64,000 bases of DNA, from assembly GCF_018350175.1 (NCBI RefSeq), contig NC_058383.1, positions 10,168,001 through 10,232,000 of the forward strand. Reading direction: 5' to 3'. The position numbers and the translations under genes are program-made. This stretch comes from Felis catus (Eukaryota). Below, piece after piece: positions 24,945 through 36,578 of the stretch (the first letter of the stretch is position 1; each line of letters begins with the position of its first letter). A model generated the notes under the pieces. It ran no database searches. It was given only the letters and a program-made list of their open reading frames with translations, and was not told the DNA's origin.

Positions 24945-26169
24945 TGTGATGATGAGGATGACGATGCTGCCCGACTCGTCTCTGCTCCCTCAACCAGCCA
25001 CTCTGCCTCTGCCGTTGCAGCCTCCACACCGGAGTTCCTGTGCTTCCTCCTCTTGAGATGCCCTCCCTTCCTTTCTGCCTGTCCAAAGCCTAGCTCCTTC
25101 AGGTCCAGCACTGCTGCTGCCTCTTCCGTGAAGCCTTCTCTGATTACTGACTGGGAGTCTTTGCTAACTCTTAACTTCCCAGCACTTCTGGCCAGAAGCA
25201 CACTCTGCTCCACCTCTGTTCTCCCAACCGCCTCACCCGTATGCACCTTCTCCTCCTGGGCTGCCTGTAAGCCCAGTCAGGATGGTGCCTGCTCCTGCTC
25301 TGGCCGGCCAGATGACCACCTCCGCTGAGGAATGGAGGGCTTCTATAAGGCTGAAGGTATTGGTCTTCAGCCAGGGTGAATACTAGGTGACCAGCTTGGC
25401 TGGTGAGTGTGGGACAAGAAGTTAGGAGAGCAGAAACAGGCTGTGGATCAGCTTAGGTCAAGCCTAATGAGATGAAGTTTCGCAGGGAGGCATGGAAGGT
25501 CCTGCAAACAAGAGGGGGCAGAGTGCTGTAGAAGCGAGTGTGATCTTGGTCCATGTTAATAGGGATAGAACCGTCTAGAAAGAGTAAAGTATTGGGTTGG
25601 CTCTGCTTTTCACCGAAGTTTTACACTGTAAGAGGGACCGACCCACCAAACTACCGCCTTTGGTCTCCTCAGAATGTCCCTAGTGTGTATGATGAGAAAG
25701 AGGATTGGGACTAAATCCCATGATGAGTAGTTGAGGCATCTGGCTACAAGTGAGACAGTTAGCCTCTGAATCTCCAAGGGCTAGAGATGTAGAGCTGGAG
25801 GTCAGAGTCAAGACCAATGGTGGAAACCACAGGAAGAATGAGGACCAACCACAAAGATGTGTGAGCAGTACCCCAGTGACTGCTTGATGGGAGTTTTAGA
25901 GATGTAAGCAATGGCTGGAGGGACTGGCTCATTTGAGCCTTCCAGAGCCCTTCAAGTGCAGGCAGGCAGAGGTATCCCTGCCAGGGGCCCAGCCAAAGCA
26001 CACACAGATAGTGCCCACTTGAGAAGCTCTACCCCACACTGGCCTTGGTTCCCCTACTGTCCTTGCTGCCAGCACTTGAACTGCTGGGGGCTGAGGGACA
26101 CTGGAACCACCAGGTACCTGCCTGAGATGACAGAAGACTGAACAACTTTGGAAGACCTCCCACATTCTC

Positions 26170-27095
26170 AGCACAGCCTAGGGCAAGGTGGGCCCCCCTT
26201 GTCTTGGCTTTCCTTTCCTGGTCCAGTTTCCAGGGTTGTTCGTTTGCAACCAAAAGGAGAAAAGGAGCTAAGATTGGGCATGCCTGAATCCTCCTCCACT
26301 ATTGTGAATTGGGGAGAAGGCTCTAGAAGGCACAGGCTAATGTCCGCAGCCTAGTAGCTCAGCCTCCCCTCCCCAGGGCTGGTAAGTAGAAACAGGAATG
26401 ACCCAAGGGAGGATCTGAGAGGGGAAGAGTTAACAAGGGAACTAGATGATGTCTTTCAAAAGTCTTACACACCCCTTACCTCCCTCAAAGGGTTCAAACT
26501 CAGTTTTAGAAGGGGTACGGAACGAGGTTCTTTGGTGTTCAGCTCCAGCATAAAAGATTTGAGGCAGGTGGGTACGGATACTGACAGAGTAGAGTGGGCT
26601 CAGTTCTGGGCCATGGTAAAGTCTTGGATGGTAAAGAGTTGGATGGTTAATTAAACTTCATTAAGCCCCCTGCTTGAAAGTACATGGAATGTTCTGGAAG
26701 GCTCTGGAAGGTTCCAGGTGGTCTGGGCACTCTCTGCTGCCAGACAACTTTTGGAACTTTCTGTTGTGGGGTTCCCGGCACCCAGGGAATGTTCCTGGCT
26801 GCTGCACTCCTCTTTGAGAGAGTACGAACTTGAGAATCTAAATCAAGGGGCCCATGAGAAAGGTCTCACCTATTACAGACCATCAGTGCTTTCACAAACC
26901 AAAAAGAAAAAATTGTCCAAAGAACAAAACTTTTATCTCTTTTTGATAAAAAACAGTTCCCAGGGGTTCCTGGGTGGCTCAGTCGGTTAAGTGTCTGATA
27001 CTTGACTTTGGCTCAGGTCATGATCTGATGGTTAATGAATTCGAGCCCTGTGCGGAACTCGCTTGGAGTTTTCTCTCTTCTCTCAAAATAAACTT

Positions 27096-27144
<49 letters not shown>

Positions 27145-27630
27145 TTACCACCATTTAAGAAAGTCTGTTATGTGCATACCCTTGTTTGGGAATCACTAGC
27201 TTTTGAGTATTTTCCTAAGCTTCCCTCCTTCTCAAATATAAAACATAATACCATTTTTTGAGCCAATCAAGTCTTACTGAACTGAGCAGGCCTGAACCAG
27301 AGTGGGCTCAAATCTTTACCACTGAATTGTGGTGTGGTCACTGCAAAGTCACGGCTAAGAACTTGCCCCTGACCTCTAAGTCCAGAGAGAATCAAATGGT
27401 TTTTAAGAGACCAAGTTGGACTCGCTGCTGGTTTATCCCAACTTATATACAAGGATTTTATACAAAAGATTGAGCGCGAGTGCAGGAATTGATGCTACTG
27501 TACCAAAGGACCTCTGGCTTTGTCTAGGACCTTGGCCATTGCTGTAGACTTCTCAAAAGATCCTTCTTGTCCCACAATGAAAATAAGGTTTACACTCTGC
27601 CTCCCCGCTTAAGTGTGAGCTCTCAAAACA
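26170..27630 (+). repeat. Diverged direct duplication, copy A (interrupted by partial Can-SINE + (CA)n at ~26961-27141)
   Basis: Co-linear matches to 29240-30480 at ~3.06 kb offset, e.g. caaaaggagaaaagg, aattggggag..ctagaaggca..taatgtcc.cagcct, catggaatgttc, cccatgagaaagg, gaatcactag, ggctcaaatc.ttaccactgaat, cctctggctttgt. Confidence 0.85.
26686..26795. promoter_or_regulatory. Heat-shock element cluster A
   Basis: gGAAt-gTTCt-gGAAg-gCTCt-gGAAg-gTTCc (26686-26715; six in-phase inverted nGAAn units, five perfect), plus gGAAc-tTTCt (26753-26762) and gTTCc-n10-gGAAt-gTTCc (26771-26795). Confidence 0.7.
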
Positions 27631-27645
27631 ACATATGATGTAGCT

Positions 27646-28135
27646 CAGGGGTCTGCAAACTCAAATGTCTGCCAGGGCTAGGAAGGTCACAGAGGTGCAA
27701 AGCAGTCCATTTCCACAAAGAAATACAGCCTCCCTCATTTTTTTTGGAAATGCATGGTTTTTTTTTTTTTCTCCATCTCGACAGACATGGAATATAGACA
27801 CTTCTCTATTATGAGCAAAATGTCCAAGTGTGTAGATCAAGGCCTTTTACATTTCCTGTCTGCCGGTGGGAACACAGTGAAATGGGGGGCTCTGTCCTGT
27901 CTCAAAGGCAAATGTTACCGTTTCTCCCACGTGGTAGTACACTCGGGTGTGTGTGTGAGGGCAATGGCAGCACGTTTTCTCATTTTTTTGAGACAAGTCA
28001 GAATTCTAGATTTTTATACAGTCTCCCAAGATTTGAAAGTTGGCTAAAGTTTTTTTAAGACACCGTGCCAACCACAGCCAAACACTGTGTGCAGGTTGGC
28101 TATGTGGCCTGTGACCCACAAATCTCAGCCTCTCC
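27646..28135 (-). mobile_element. MER102-like hAT-Charlie DNA transposon fossil
   Basis: caggggtctgcaaactcaaatgtctgcc at left; agaattctagatttttat..aaagttggc..aaacactgtgtgcagg..tgtggcctg at right (family by eye). Confidence 0.55.
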
Positions 28136-29717
28136 TTGGTCCTCCTGAAACAGGCTTTCTTTTGTTTAGTAGCAGCCCCCTCCCAGGACTGAGGGTGTGA
28201 ACGCTGAAGGGGCCAAAGCAGGATGGAAAGGCAAACACACCTCAAGTCTGGTTAGAGGACCCCAGGTTTGGACAGGCTTAAGAGATGGTGGTGAGATGGC
28301 TAGATCGTGAAGTGACGCTATGACCTCATAGCAAATGGTGAAGATGAGTTCTGTGCACCTGCTTCTTGGGCACAACAGCACCGAGTATTCTCAGTATTTG
28401 CAAGTTCAGAGGACCAGACTCAGGTCACTCTCATCCTCAGAGGGACCCTCAACTGCTTTGCACAAACCCTATGGCCACCGAGGCCACAAGCTGGGCCTGA
28501 GAACTAAGGCACTGAGCACAGGTAAGGCGGGCCTTCTCCTATGATCCTGATCATAGGTAGGTGACAGTGTGTGACCTTGTCACCAGCTGAGGAACTGAGA
28601 GGAGGCAAAGACCAGGATAGAGCGCACTTATCTAGTGCACTGAATTCGAGACAGTGGACTGAAGTAACACCACCACTTACCAGCTGTCCTGTTTCAGCCT
28701 TTCTTCCTGGGATCTGGTGACCTTCCAGGAAGGTCCGAGATACACACCCCTTCCCCCATCCCCACCGTCATTTGCCCAAAAGGGAGTATGATGGCCGCTC
28801 ACTTGGGTTCCATCCTTGGCACCTCAGCTGTTGGCTGTAAGGACTATATACACGTGTATAAAAATGACCAGAGAGGCCACACACCGGCCTAAGGTAGGCT
28901 CTTCTTCCTCATCTTGGCTCAGCTGGGATCACTATGGAAGGCAAGGTGTGCCGAGTGAACGAAATGCCAGAACTTCAGAGGGGAAGCAAGGAATCCTGCT
29001 CCCTCAGCACTGGGATCTGTAACAGATCATTTCACCCAGCAATAAACAAAATGCGACAAAGGGAAAAGTTTGGCTCAGGAGAAACGAAGTCCTGATCCAG
29101 TCCAAAGACGGTATACAACATACAGTTGCCTCCACAACCTGACTCCTGGCTTGTCGGCCGGGTCTCCCCATTTAGGCCTTGTGTGTGCTGCTCACTCAGC
29201 CTGATACTGTACTCGCAACCCCATCCCCACCCCAGGGAACACAGCCCAAGGCAGGCTGGGCTGCTCTGGTCCACCTCCCGTCCTAGGTCCAAACCTTCAA
29301 GGGAGTTTTGTTTTAGTTTGTGATCAAAAGGAGAAAAGGGACTCAAGTTGAGCGTGTCTGAGCCTTCTTCCATTATTAGGAATTGGGGAGCAGCCCCTAG
29401 AAGGCAGGGATAATGTCCACAGCCTGGTTCAGTCTCTCCTCTCCAGAGCAGGTAAAAAACTGAGAAAAGAACGACCTATGACGACCCTCGGGCGTGGGGG
29501 ACAGGTGGGAAGGGGTCTGAGGGTCCTTCAAAAATCCTCCTACACATCTCCCCTTCCATAAAGAGCCCAAACTCCATTTTAGGGAGAGTAGAGTAGGAAC
29601 TTAAGAGTTCAGCTTGGGGCTAAGAAAAACCTGAGGTAGGCAAGAAGGCACTGTTAAATATAGTGTGAGCCTGGTCCTACGCCTAAGGAGAGGCTTACAG
29701 TTGGATGATTAACAAAC

Positions 29718-29723
29718 TTTATT
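29718..29723 (-). terminator. DNAJC30: Candidate distal DNAJC30 poly(A) signal AATAAA (proximal ATTAAA variant at 31088-31093)
   Basis: TTTATT on plus strand ~2.1 kb past the DNAJC30 stop. Confidence 0.5.
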
Positions 29724-29746
29724 GACTACCCTGCTCAGAGTTGCAT

Positions 29747-29846
29747 GGAATGTTCCAGAAGTTCCACAGGGTCTGCCCCTTCCTCCAGTCTTCTGTAACT
29801 TTCTATCCTTCTCCATGTTCTGGAGCCCTAAGGAATGTTCACGAGA
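29747..29846. promoter_or_regulatory. Heat-shock element cluster B
   Basis: gGAAt-gTTCc-aGAAg (29747-29761, perfect triple), cTTCt-gTAAc-tTTCt (29790-29804), gTTCt-gGAGc-n5-gGAAt-gTTCa-cGAGa (29817-29846). Confidence 0.65.
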
Positions 29847-30578
29847 GAAAACAAACCTGAGGTCTACGTTAAGGAGCCCATGAGAAAGGGCCCAGCAATT
29901 TACAGACCACGAGTGCTTTTATAAACCAACCCAAAAGAACCCAATCCTTTTTGATAGAAACTTTGATAGAACCTTGCCCCAAATAATGCCAACAGCTTGG
30001 CTGAGAATCACTAGTTTCTGTGCATTTTGCTAAGCTTAACACTACTTGTTTGGATTTCGAGAAGAACTTGTTTTCCAAATATGAAACATAGTAACATTAA
30101 ATGTTCTTTTCAAAAGTACATACACCCCTCCCCCCAAACCAAGGCTAGCTGAGCTCACCAAGCCTGAATCCAAGCAGGCTCAAATCCTTACCACTGAATC
30201 GTACAGTCACTGCAGCCCCTGACCTCCAAGGCTGGAGAGAATGAAATGGTTTCCAAGACACCAGTTTGAACTAGCTGTGGGCTTATCCTAATTACAAGGA
30301 TTTCACATGAAAGACTGAATGCAGGATTTCTTACTCATATACCCAAGCACCTCTGGCTTTGTTTAGAACTTACGCTCACTTCTGTCCTCACCCTTGTGGT
30401 AGATCTCTCTTGTAAAGGCTTCCCTAGCTCGCAGCTTTACACTTAGGCCCCATGCATTAATGCTTAAGCACCTAAAATCTTACAGCCAATACATGTACCA
30501 CGCGCAGGGACTCAGAGTTGACAGCCTGACTTCTACAGCTCTTGCCAAGCGATGACCAACTGCTTAGAAAGAGAGAGA

Positions 30579-30777
30579 GGAGCGCCTGGGTGGCTCAGTG
30601 GGTTAACCGTCCGACTCCTGACTTTGGCTAAGATCATGATTTCACAGTCCTGGGATGGAGCCCCACATCGGGCTCCGGGCTGAACATGGAGCCTGCTTAA
30701 GATTTTCTCTCCCTCTCTGTCTGCCCCTCTCCAGGGCTCACACATGTGCTCTTAAAATAAATATTAAAAAACAAAAC

Positions 30778-30805
<28 letters not shown>
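30579..30805 (+). mobile_element. Can-SINE in DNAJC30 3' region
   Basis: ggagcgcctgggtggctcag head; A-rich and (GA)n tail. Confidence 0.85.
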
Positions 30806-30808
<3 letters not shown>

Positions 30809-31856
30809 GCCTCAGCCAGCTCTGAATAAAGAAATTTGTTTTCACCACAAGCCTCTTGTCCCTTGTACTACCGTATACCCTAAACTCAAGCAGGTTTCAA
30901 GGACTTGGCTTGTGGGGCTAAACAAGAGGACAGGCCACATTCAAGCGACTCAGCGTCCCAGCTGGCCGCTCTATCTCTGGGAGGGGATGGGCTGCACAGT
31001 TAGCAATGGGGCTGGCTGGCAAAGGAATGACCAAGAGACAGGCATACTGACTGTCCCAAGGATAAACCTAACTCTATCACATCATGTTTTAATCAATGAG
31101 CCCATTAGAACTGTAGATAATAAAGTGTGACAGGCCTCAAGAGAGCAAATGATTTGTTCCTCTGCTGTCATGCCCACAGAGCAATTTCTCCAAGGTCATA
31201 CACATTAGGTAAGTGTGGGCACAGGAACACTCAATTCCTTATGCTCCACGACCTTGCTCTCCCACTCCCACAGGCCATCAACAGAAAAGGGAGTGGGGTC
31301 TGGGGCTGATCATACAAGAATGGCAAGGTTTCCAAAGATCACAGTCTTACGTCAGGTCTCACCTGTGGCTGGGGAACTCACAGAAAGACAAGGTTCGTAC
31401 AACCCCACAATTTTTCTTTTGGCAGCCAACAATTGGTCACATTGCACGGTTCAAGGTTACACAGGAGCCCCACGGTACAAGCGCGGGGCAGGAGCAGACA
31501 ATTCTTGCTCCGAGCTTTACAATAAAGCCCGAGCAAGTGTTCCAGAAGCTGACATCGGGAAGGCAACCTCTGGAAGCAGGCACCCAAGGGACTCCAGAAA
31601 ACCCTTCACTCTCGGGCTTTTGGGACTCTTCTTCTTGGGGCCTCTTTCTTGGGCATCGAGAAGCCTTCTTTTCTGGACCGTAGGGGAGGGAAGCGTACGT
31701 GGACGGCTAAGCTGGGCGGGCGGGGAACAGGAGGGGGAGAGCAGTTTCTCCGGACCCCCGCAGAGGTAGACTATGGAAGGCAAAGGGTTCAAGAACACCG
31801 GAAAGGCCATTTTCTCGGGGCTGGCGGGGGGCTGCTCCCTTTCTTCCTCTCTCCTT

Positions 31857-32537
31857 TTAAAAACGAAAGCCCATGATGATGAAGACCGTGAGGAGAAGGA
31901 AGACAAAGGTCGCGTCTCGGGTATCGTCCCAGTGGAAGCCCTTCTTGGCCCGGTCCTCCTGCTGTTTGCGTAGGGCCTCTCGCCGGGCCCTGAGGCGCCG
32001 TTCACGCTCCAGCTGTTCTCCGTAGTGAGCTTGGTAGAAGGCGTCAAAGTCGAACATGGTGCGGTTGCCGCCCGCGGTGGCCTGACCGCGGCCGTGGGCC
32101 TGAGACGCAGGGGGCGGGGGGCGGGGCGAGCCGGTGTCGCGGACCGGCGCCTTGGGGGGCCGCACGCCAGGTCCGCGCAGGTCCTCGTCGCTGAGCAGGC
32201 CGCGGTCATACTTGCGACGCAGGGTGGCACTGCCCAGCACCACGTAGGCCTGGGAGATGCGCGTGAAGCGCTCGGCAGCCTCGGCGCTCCCCGAGTTGCG
32301 GTCCGGGTGGTAGAGGAAGCTCTGCCGGTAGTAGGCCGCCTTGATTTGCGCCTGCGTGGCTGTGGTGGGCACGCCGAGCAGTTCATAGAGCGCCGTGCGC
32401 GAGTATGGGCCGTCGCCCTGGGAATAAGTCCTCCCTTCTAGGCCCAGGCCGGAACCCGGGCTCTGTGGAGCGCCCCGGGCCAGCCACAACCCCCACAGCA
32501 ACCGCCGTGGCCACCTCAGATCGCGCTTGGTTGCCAT
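31857..32537 (-). CDS. DNAJC30: DNAJC30 (WBSCR18), mitochondrial J-domain co-chaperone, intronless, 226 aa
   Basis: ATG at 32537 in strong Kozak context (aagATGG). Arg/Leu/Trp-rich presequence-like N-terminus, J-domain with HPD (LYELLGV...LYHPDRN...YDRGLL), [15 protein letters not shown] motif, hydrophobic C-terminal helix. 681 bp. Confidence 0.96.
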   Translation of the reverse strand: MATKRDLRWPRRLLWGLWLARGAPQSPGSGLGLEGRTYSQGDGPYSRTALYELLGVPTTATQAQIKAAYYRQSFLYHPDRNSGSAEAAERFTRISQAYVVLGSATLRRKYDRGLLSDEDLRGPGVRPPKAPVRDTGSPRPPPPASQAHGRGQATAGGNRTMFDFDAFYQAHYGEQLERERRLRARREALRKQQEDRAKKGFHWDDTRDATFVFLLLTVFIIMGFRF

Positions 32538-32744
32538 CTTGAACGGGCCAGGCGGGCGGTGCGAGACTAACTGGCCAATGGGAAGCGCGCGTTGTTCGCA
32601 GCGCGTCGGCCCTCTAGCCAATCGAGTAAAAAGGGAGGCGGGGAGAAAGGTGGAGCATGCGTGTTTTTGGGCGGGAGCGGGGCCGAAGATATAAAAGCCG
32701 GGTTCCCGGAACACTAGCGTGAGTCTCGCGGCTGAGGCGTGGGG
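32538..32744. promoter_or_regulatory. Bidirectional CpG-island promoter DNAJC30/BUD23
   Basis: 207 bp between the two ATGs. CCAAT at 32575-32579 and 32618-32622, GC boxes, GCATGCG (NRF1-like) ~32655, TATAAAAG 32690-32697, TTCCCGGAA 32703-32711, YY1-type AAGATGGC over the DNAJC30 start. Confidence 0.85.
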
Positions 32745-32792
32745 ATGGCGTTCCGCGGGAAGAGACCGGAGCACGGCGGGCCCCCGGAGCTG
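32745..32792 (+). CDS. BUD23: BUD23 exon 1
   Basis: ATGGCG...GAGCTG|gtgagg; 48 bp. Confidence 0.93.
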
Positions 32793-35700
32793 GTGAGGCT
32801 TGCGGCTCGCGCGCGTCCTTCTCTCCTCCATTTAAGGCCTTCGCGTCTTGATTCCTTCTATACTACTCTTCTCTTTTTCTTCCCCGCAGTTTTACGACAA
32901 GAATGAAGCCCGGAAATACGTGCGCAAGTAAGGGGAGCCTAGATGTCGCGCGGCGTCGGGGTTCGGGGGCCGGCAAGTTACCCTGATAGCTGGCGCGACT
33001 TGGAAAGCACGCAAGAGTTTGGGGTGTTAGGGAAGGAAGGGACCCGGATTGATCCTATTTTTCACGGTGGGAAAGTCAACTTTTGAGTAAATCTCGGAAC
33101 CCTCTGGGCCTCGGTGAACTTAGCATTAAAATGGAGGTGAATCATGCGTACTTTTTCTAGGGGGTTCTCAAAGTTTCATGTGACAGCTTGTTTGAAGCAT
33201 GCGGTAAAATCAGCAGGGGCGGTGGATACGTGTAGGGGGAGTCAGTGCTGTTGAGGGGGAGGAAGTAGTATTCCCAGAATGCTGTGTGCCCCTGTTTGCA
33301 TTATCATTAAGGTCTTATGACAAGTGGTGTAGAATCTGAATTTCAGGGGGGGAGTTAACTTGTGTTAACCATAGAGTCATTTAACAGGTGAAGGCTAGAA
33401 CAGGGACTGCCAAGCCTGCTCTCTCTGATACCACTACTCTAGAGATAACTGTTCTCCACTTTTCCATTCAAATTAGAGTCCAAGACCAAGGCCAGCAGAA
33501 ATCTCTGATCCGGTTGTCATTAGCTTTTTTCCCAGCTGCAGAATTCAGTGCGATTCTTCCTCTTGATCTTGGGAAAGGCAGAGAACACCAAAGATCCGTT
33601 TTGTTAAGAGGCAGTATTCTCTTGAAGTAATGTTTGGTCTGAATGACTTACGGTGAAGAAAACGTTAACATTTTACCTGTTGAATGTTGATGATGTGTTG
33701 AAATCGGGTTAAGATATATTACCAGGATTATTGGGTTGGGTAAACTATTACAACTAATTTTAGTATTTCATCTTAATCATGGCACTAAGAAAGTCCCACG
33801 TGGCTTGCATTATATTTCTCATGGGTAGCAACTGCTATGGATTTTTGTTGTACTTTGTTGAGCTTTATACAGGACAGTAACTATGGTGGGTAATTTTTCC
33901 AGAAAACGTGTTTTTCAGTAATAAACATATCAGAACCACGTGGAGTTGAAAATAGGCAATAGTTAGTCATTAGCTAAGCGATTTATTCCCTTCACATCAG
34001 TTTTGCAGCTGGCAAAGTTGTAATTTGTGTCGCAGAATAACTTGTTGCTGTATTACATGGACTTTGGGGGTCGCTCTTAAATAGGTGTAGTTGGGTATGG
34101 TGACTGGGACGGTGCCTCAGGGTGACTGTGCCTTGTTCTCTTTCTCTTCTTTTGCTCTGAGCAATGTTTTAGCCCAGAACTCCTTTATCACTTGTGTTTT
34201 CTGCCTTCCCAGCTCACGGATGATTGATGTCCAGACCCAGATGACTGGGCGCGCATTGGAGCTCCTTTGTCTGCCCGAGGGTCAGCCCTGTTACCTGTTG
34301 GATATTGGGTGAGATCCTGGGGCCTAGTTCAGCTTGTCCAGGTGGAGGAGTGTCTTTCCTGCTCACACTATTGAGTTCCTGTTTTTATTGTGTCTTCCAG
34401 ATGTGGTTCTGGGCTGAGTGGAGATTATCTCTCGGATGAGGGGCACTATTGGGTGGGCATCGACATCAGCCCTGCCATGCTGGGTAAGTATGTGCTACTT
34501 AGCATTGGAGCAGACTACGCTTCATGTGTACGGAGCAGCTACGCGTCGTCTGTTTTCCTGACGTATTATCGTCCAATGTAGATGCGGCCTTGGACCGAGA
34601 CACTGAGGGAGACTTGCTTCTGGGGGACATGGGCCAGGGCATTCCCTTCAAACCAGGCACCTTTGATGGTTGTATCAGGTAAGAGTCTTCAGTTCCTGCT
34701 TTTAGTCCTGCAGGTCAGTGCTTCCTAAACTGGTTGTGCAGAGTTACACAGGAGACTTAGAAATACACATCCCTGGTTAGAGCAGCGTCCCCAATTACGC
34801 ATTTTTTGTGTTTTGAAACTGTCTACTCCTTTGATCATCTTGCGCTGCCAGGTTCAGGTACCACTGGTATAGATTATAGATTCTCTGTGCTTTGTTGGAG
34901 GGTGGTGGAGAGGTGGCTTCTTACATCTCTAGGAGCCATCTTGTGGGCCCCAGCAGCCATCTTGTTTCCTTCTTTTTGACTAACTGTAATGGAGAGTGGT
35001 CCGGGATTTGCCAGTTTCTTCAGTGGCTTAGTCCTTTTTGGGTTGTCTGGGTTAAGTTTTGAGCCTTTATGTAGTACTTCGATAACAGATCTTAGAACGT
35101 TGAAGTGACTGTTAGAAACATGAAGTTGTTCTTTGTGTCCTGTGGTAAATTGTTGATTATTTGGTGTATTCTCTGTTCTCTTTGTTGATGGGGTGGAGGG
35201 TAGGGGATAGGGGAAGAAGTCAGCTTTAATCCTGTGATTGTGGGTTGAGCATTAGGGATCTGGGTAAGCAGTAAAAATGTAGATTTGAAGATTTTCTTCT
35301 AGGGTAAGGGATTAGTTTACATCTGGGAACAAGAGTGGGGGAAATCATTTCAAGGAAAGCAATTGCTTTTTAGTAACGGTTGAGTGAGATTGTTCTAAGC
35401 TGCAGCAAACCAAAGGCCGGTGATACGGTCTGTATGTTTTAGGAGTAAGTAGTCACTTTTTATTTGTTTTTGAGAGGAGAGAGAGTATGGCAAACTTACT
35501 ACTTTTTTTTTTTTTTTTTTTTAGCATTTGTTATATGTAAGACATGGTACAAGGTGCTGCGAGGTTTGTGGAAATACAACACAGTCCTTTTAATTTTTTT
35601 TTTACTGTTTATTTATTTTTGAGACAGAGAGACAGAGTGCAAGTGGGGGAGGGGCAGAAAGAGAGGGAGACACAGAATCCGAAACAGGCTCCAGGCTCTG

Positions 35701-36540
35701 AGCTGTCAGCACAGAGCCCGATGCGGGGCTCGAACCCACGAACCGTGAGATCATGACCCGAGCCGAAGTCGGATGCTCAACCGACTGAGCCACCCAGGCG
35801 CCCCCCTTTCTTTTAATTTTTAACTCTTCGTGGTGTGTCAGGTGCTATAAGACATGGGCCATACAGCTAAACATGAAGTTGAGTGTGGGGTGTGACCAGA
35901 GTTGTGGGACCCACCAGAGCGGTGAAGAAAAGCTAGAGAGCACGGGGAAGCCTTGAGGAGGAGGAGGGGCTGGGGTTGTGCCTTGAAGGCTCAGAGGAAC
36001 TTGGATAGTCCTGGGACTGGGGATGGGGCTCTGAGGGAAGGAACAGTGTGAACAAAGGCACAGAAGTGCCCAGGGAAAGGAACCTGATAGATTGTGGGAA
36101 AGACCAGAGGTGTTTTTTTAAGTTTGTTTATTGAGAGAGAGAGCATGCATGCAAGTGCATGCAAGGAAAGGAGGGACAGAGAGAGGGAGAGAGAGAATCC
36201 CACGTAGGCTCCTCCAAGCTGTCAGCACAGAGCCCGACTCAGGGGCCGATCTCAAGAGTTGGACACTTAACCTATTGAGCCACCCAGGCACCTCAAGAAT
36301 GAGAGCTTTTTAAATTCCATGCTGAGAAGTTTGAGCTTTATTGAGTAATTGATGGGAAGCTAGGGAGTAACCAGATCAGAGCTGTATTTTGGGAAGATTA
36401 TTGAGTGGAGAGGAGAGGGGCATCTGGGTGGCTTGGTTGGTTGAGGGGCCGACTCTTGATTTCGGCTTAGGTCGTGATACCATGGTTGTGGGGCTAACCC
36501 CCGTGTCGGGCTCTGTGCTGAGCATTGAGCCTACTTAAGA

Positions 36541-36578
<38 letters not shown>

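Larger units (their letters stand above)
29240..30480 (+). repeat. Diverged direct duplication, copy B (overlaps likely distal DNAJC30 3' UTR / poly(A) region)
   Basis: Same co-linear blocks as copy A; contains TTTATT (AATAAA on minus) at 29718-29723. Confidence 0.85.

Noticed and set aside
26170-30480. Duplicated unit as a cryptic protein-coding gene pair
   Set aside because: No shared ORF between copies, and the indels seen by eye do not preserve frame.
31517-32386. 289-aa alternative-frame ORF overlapping DNAJC30 on the same strand
   Set aside because: Low-complexity Arg/Pro/Ala product typical of GC-rich alternate frames; the main ATG has a strong Kozak context, so leaky scanning is unlikely.
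32235-32387. Positions of human LHON-associated DNAJC30 variants (Y51, P78, L101)
   Set aside because: All three residues are wild-type here; this confirms orthology but is not unusual.
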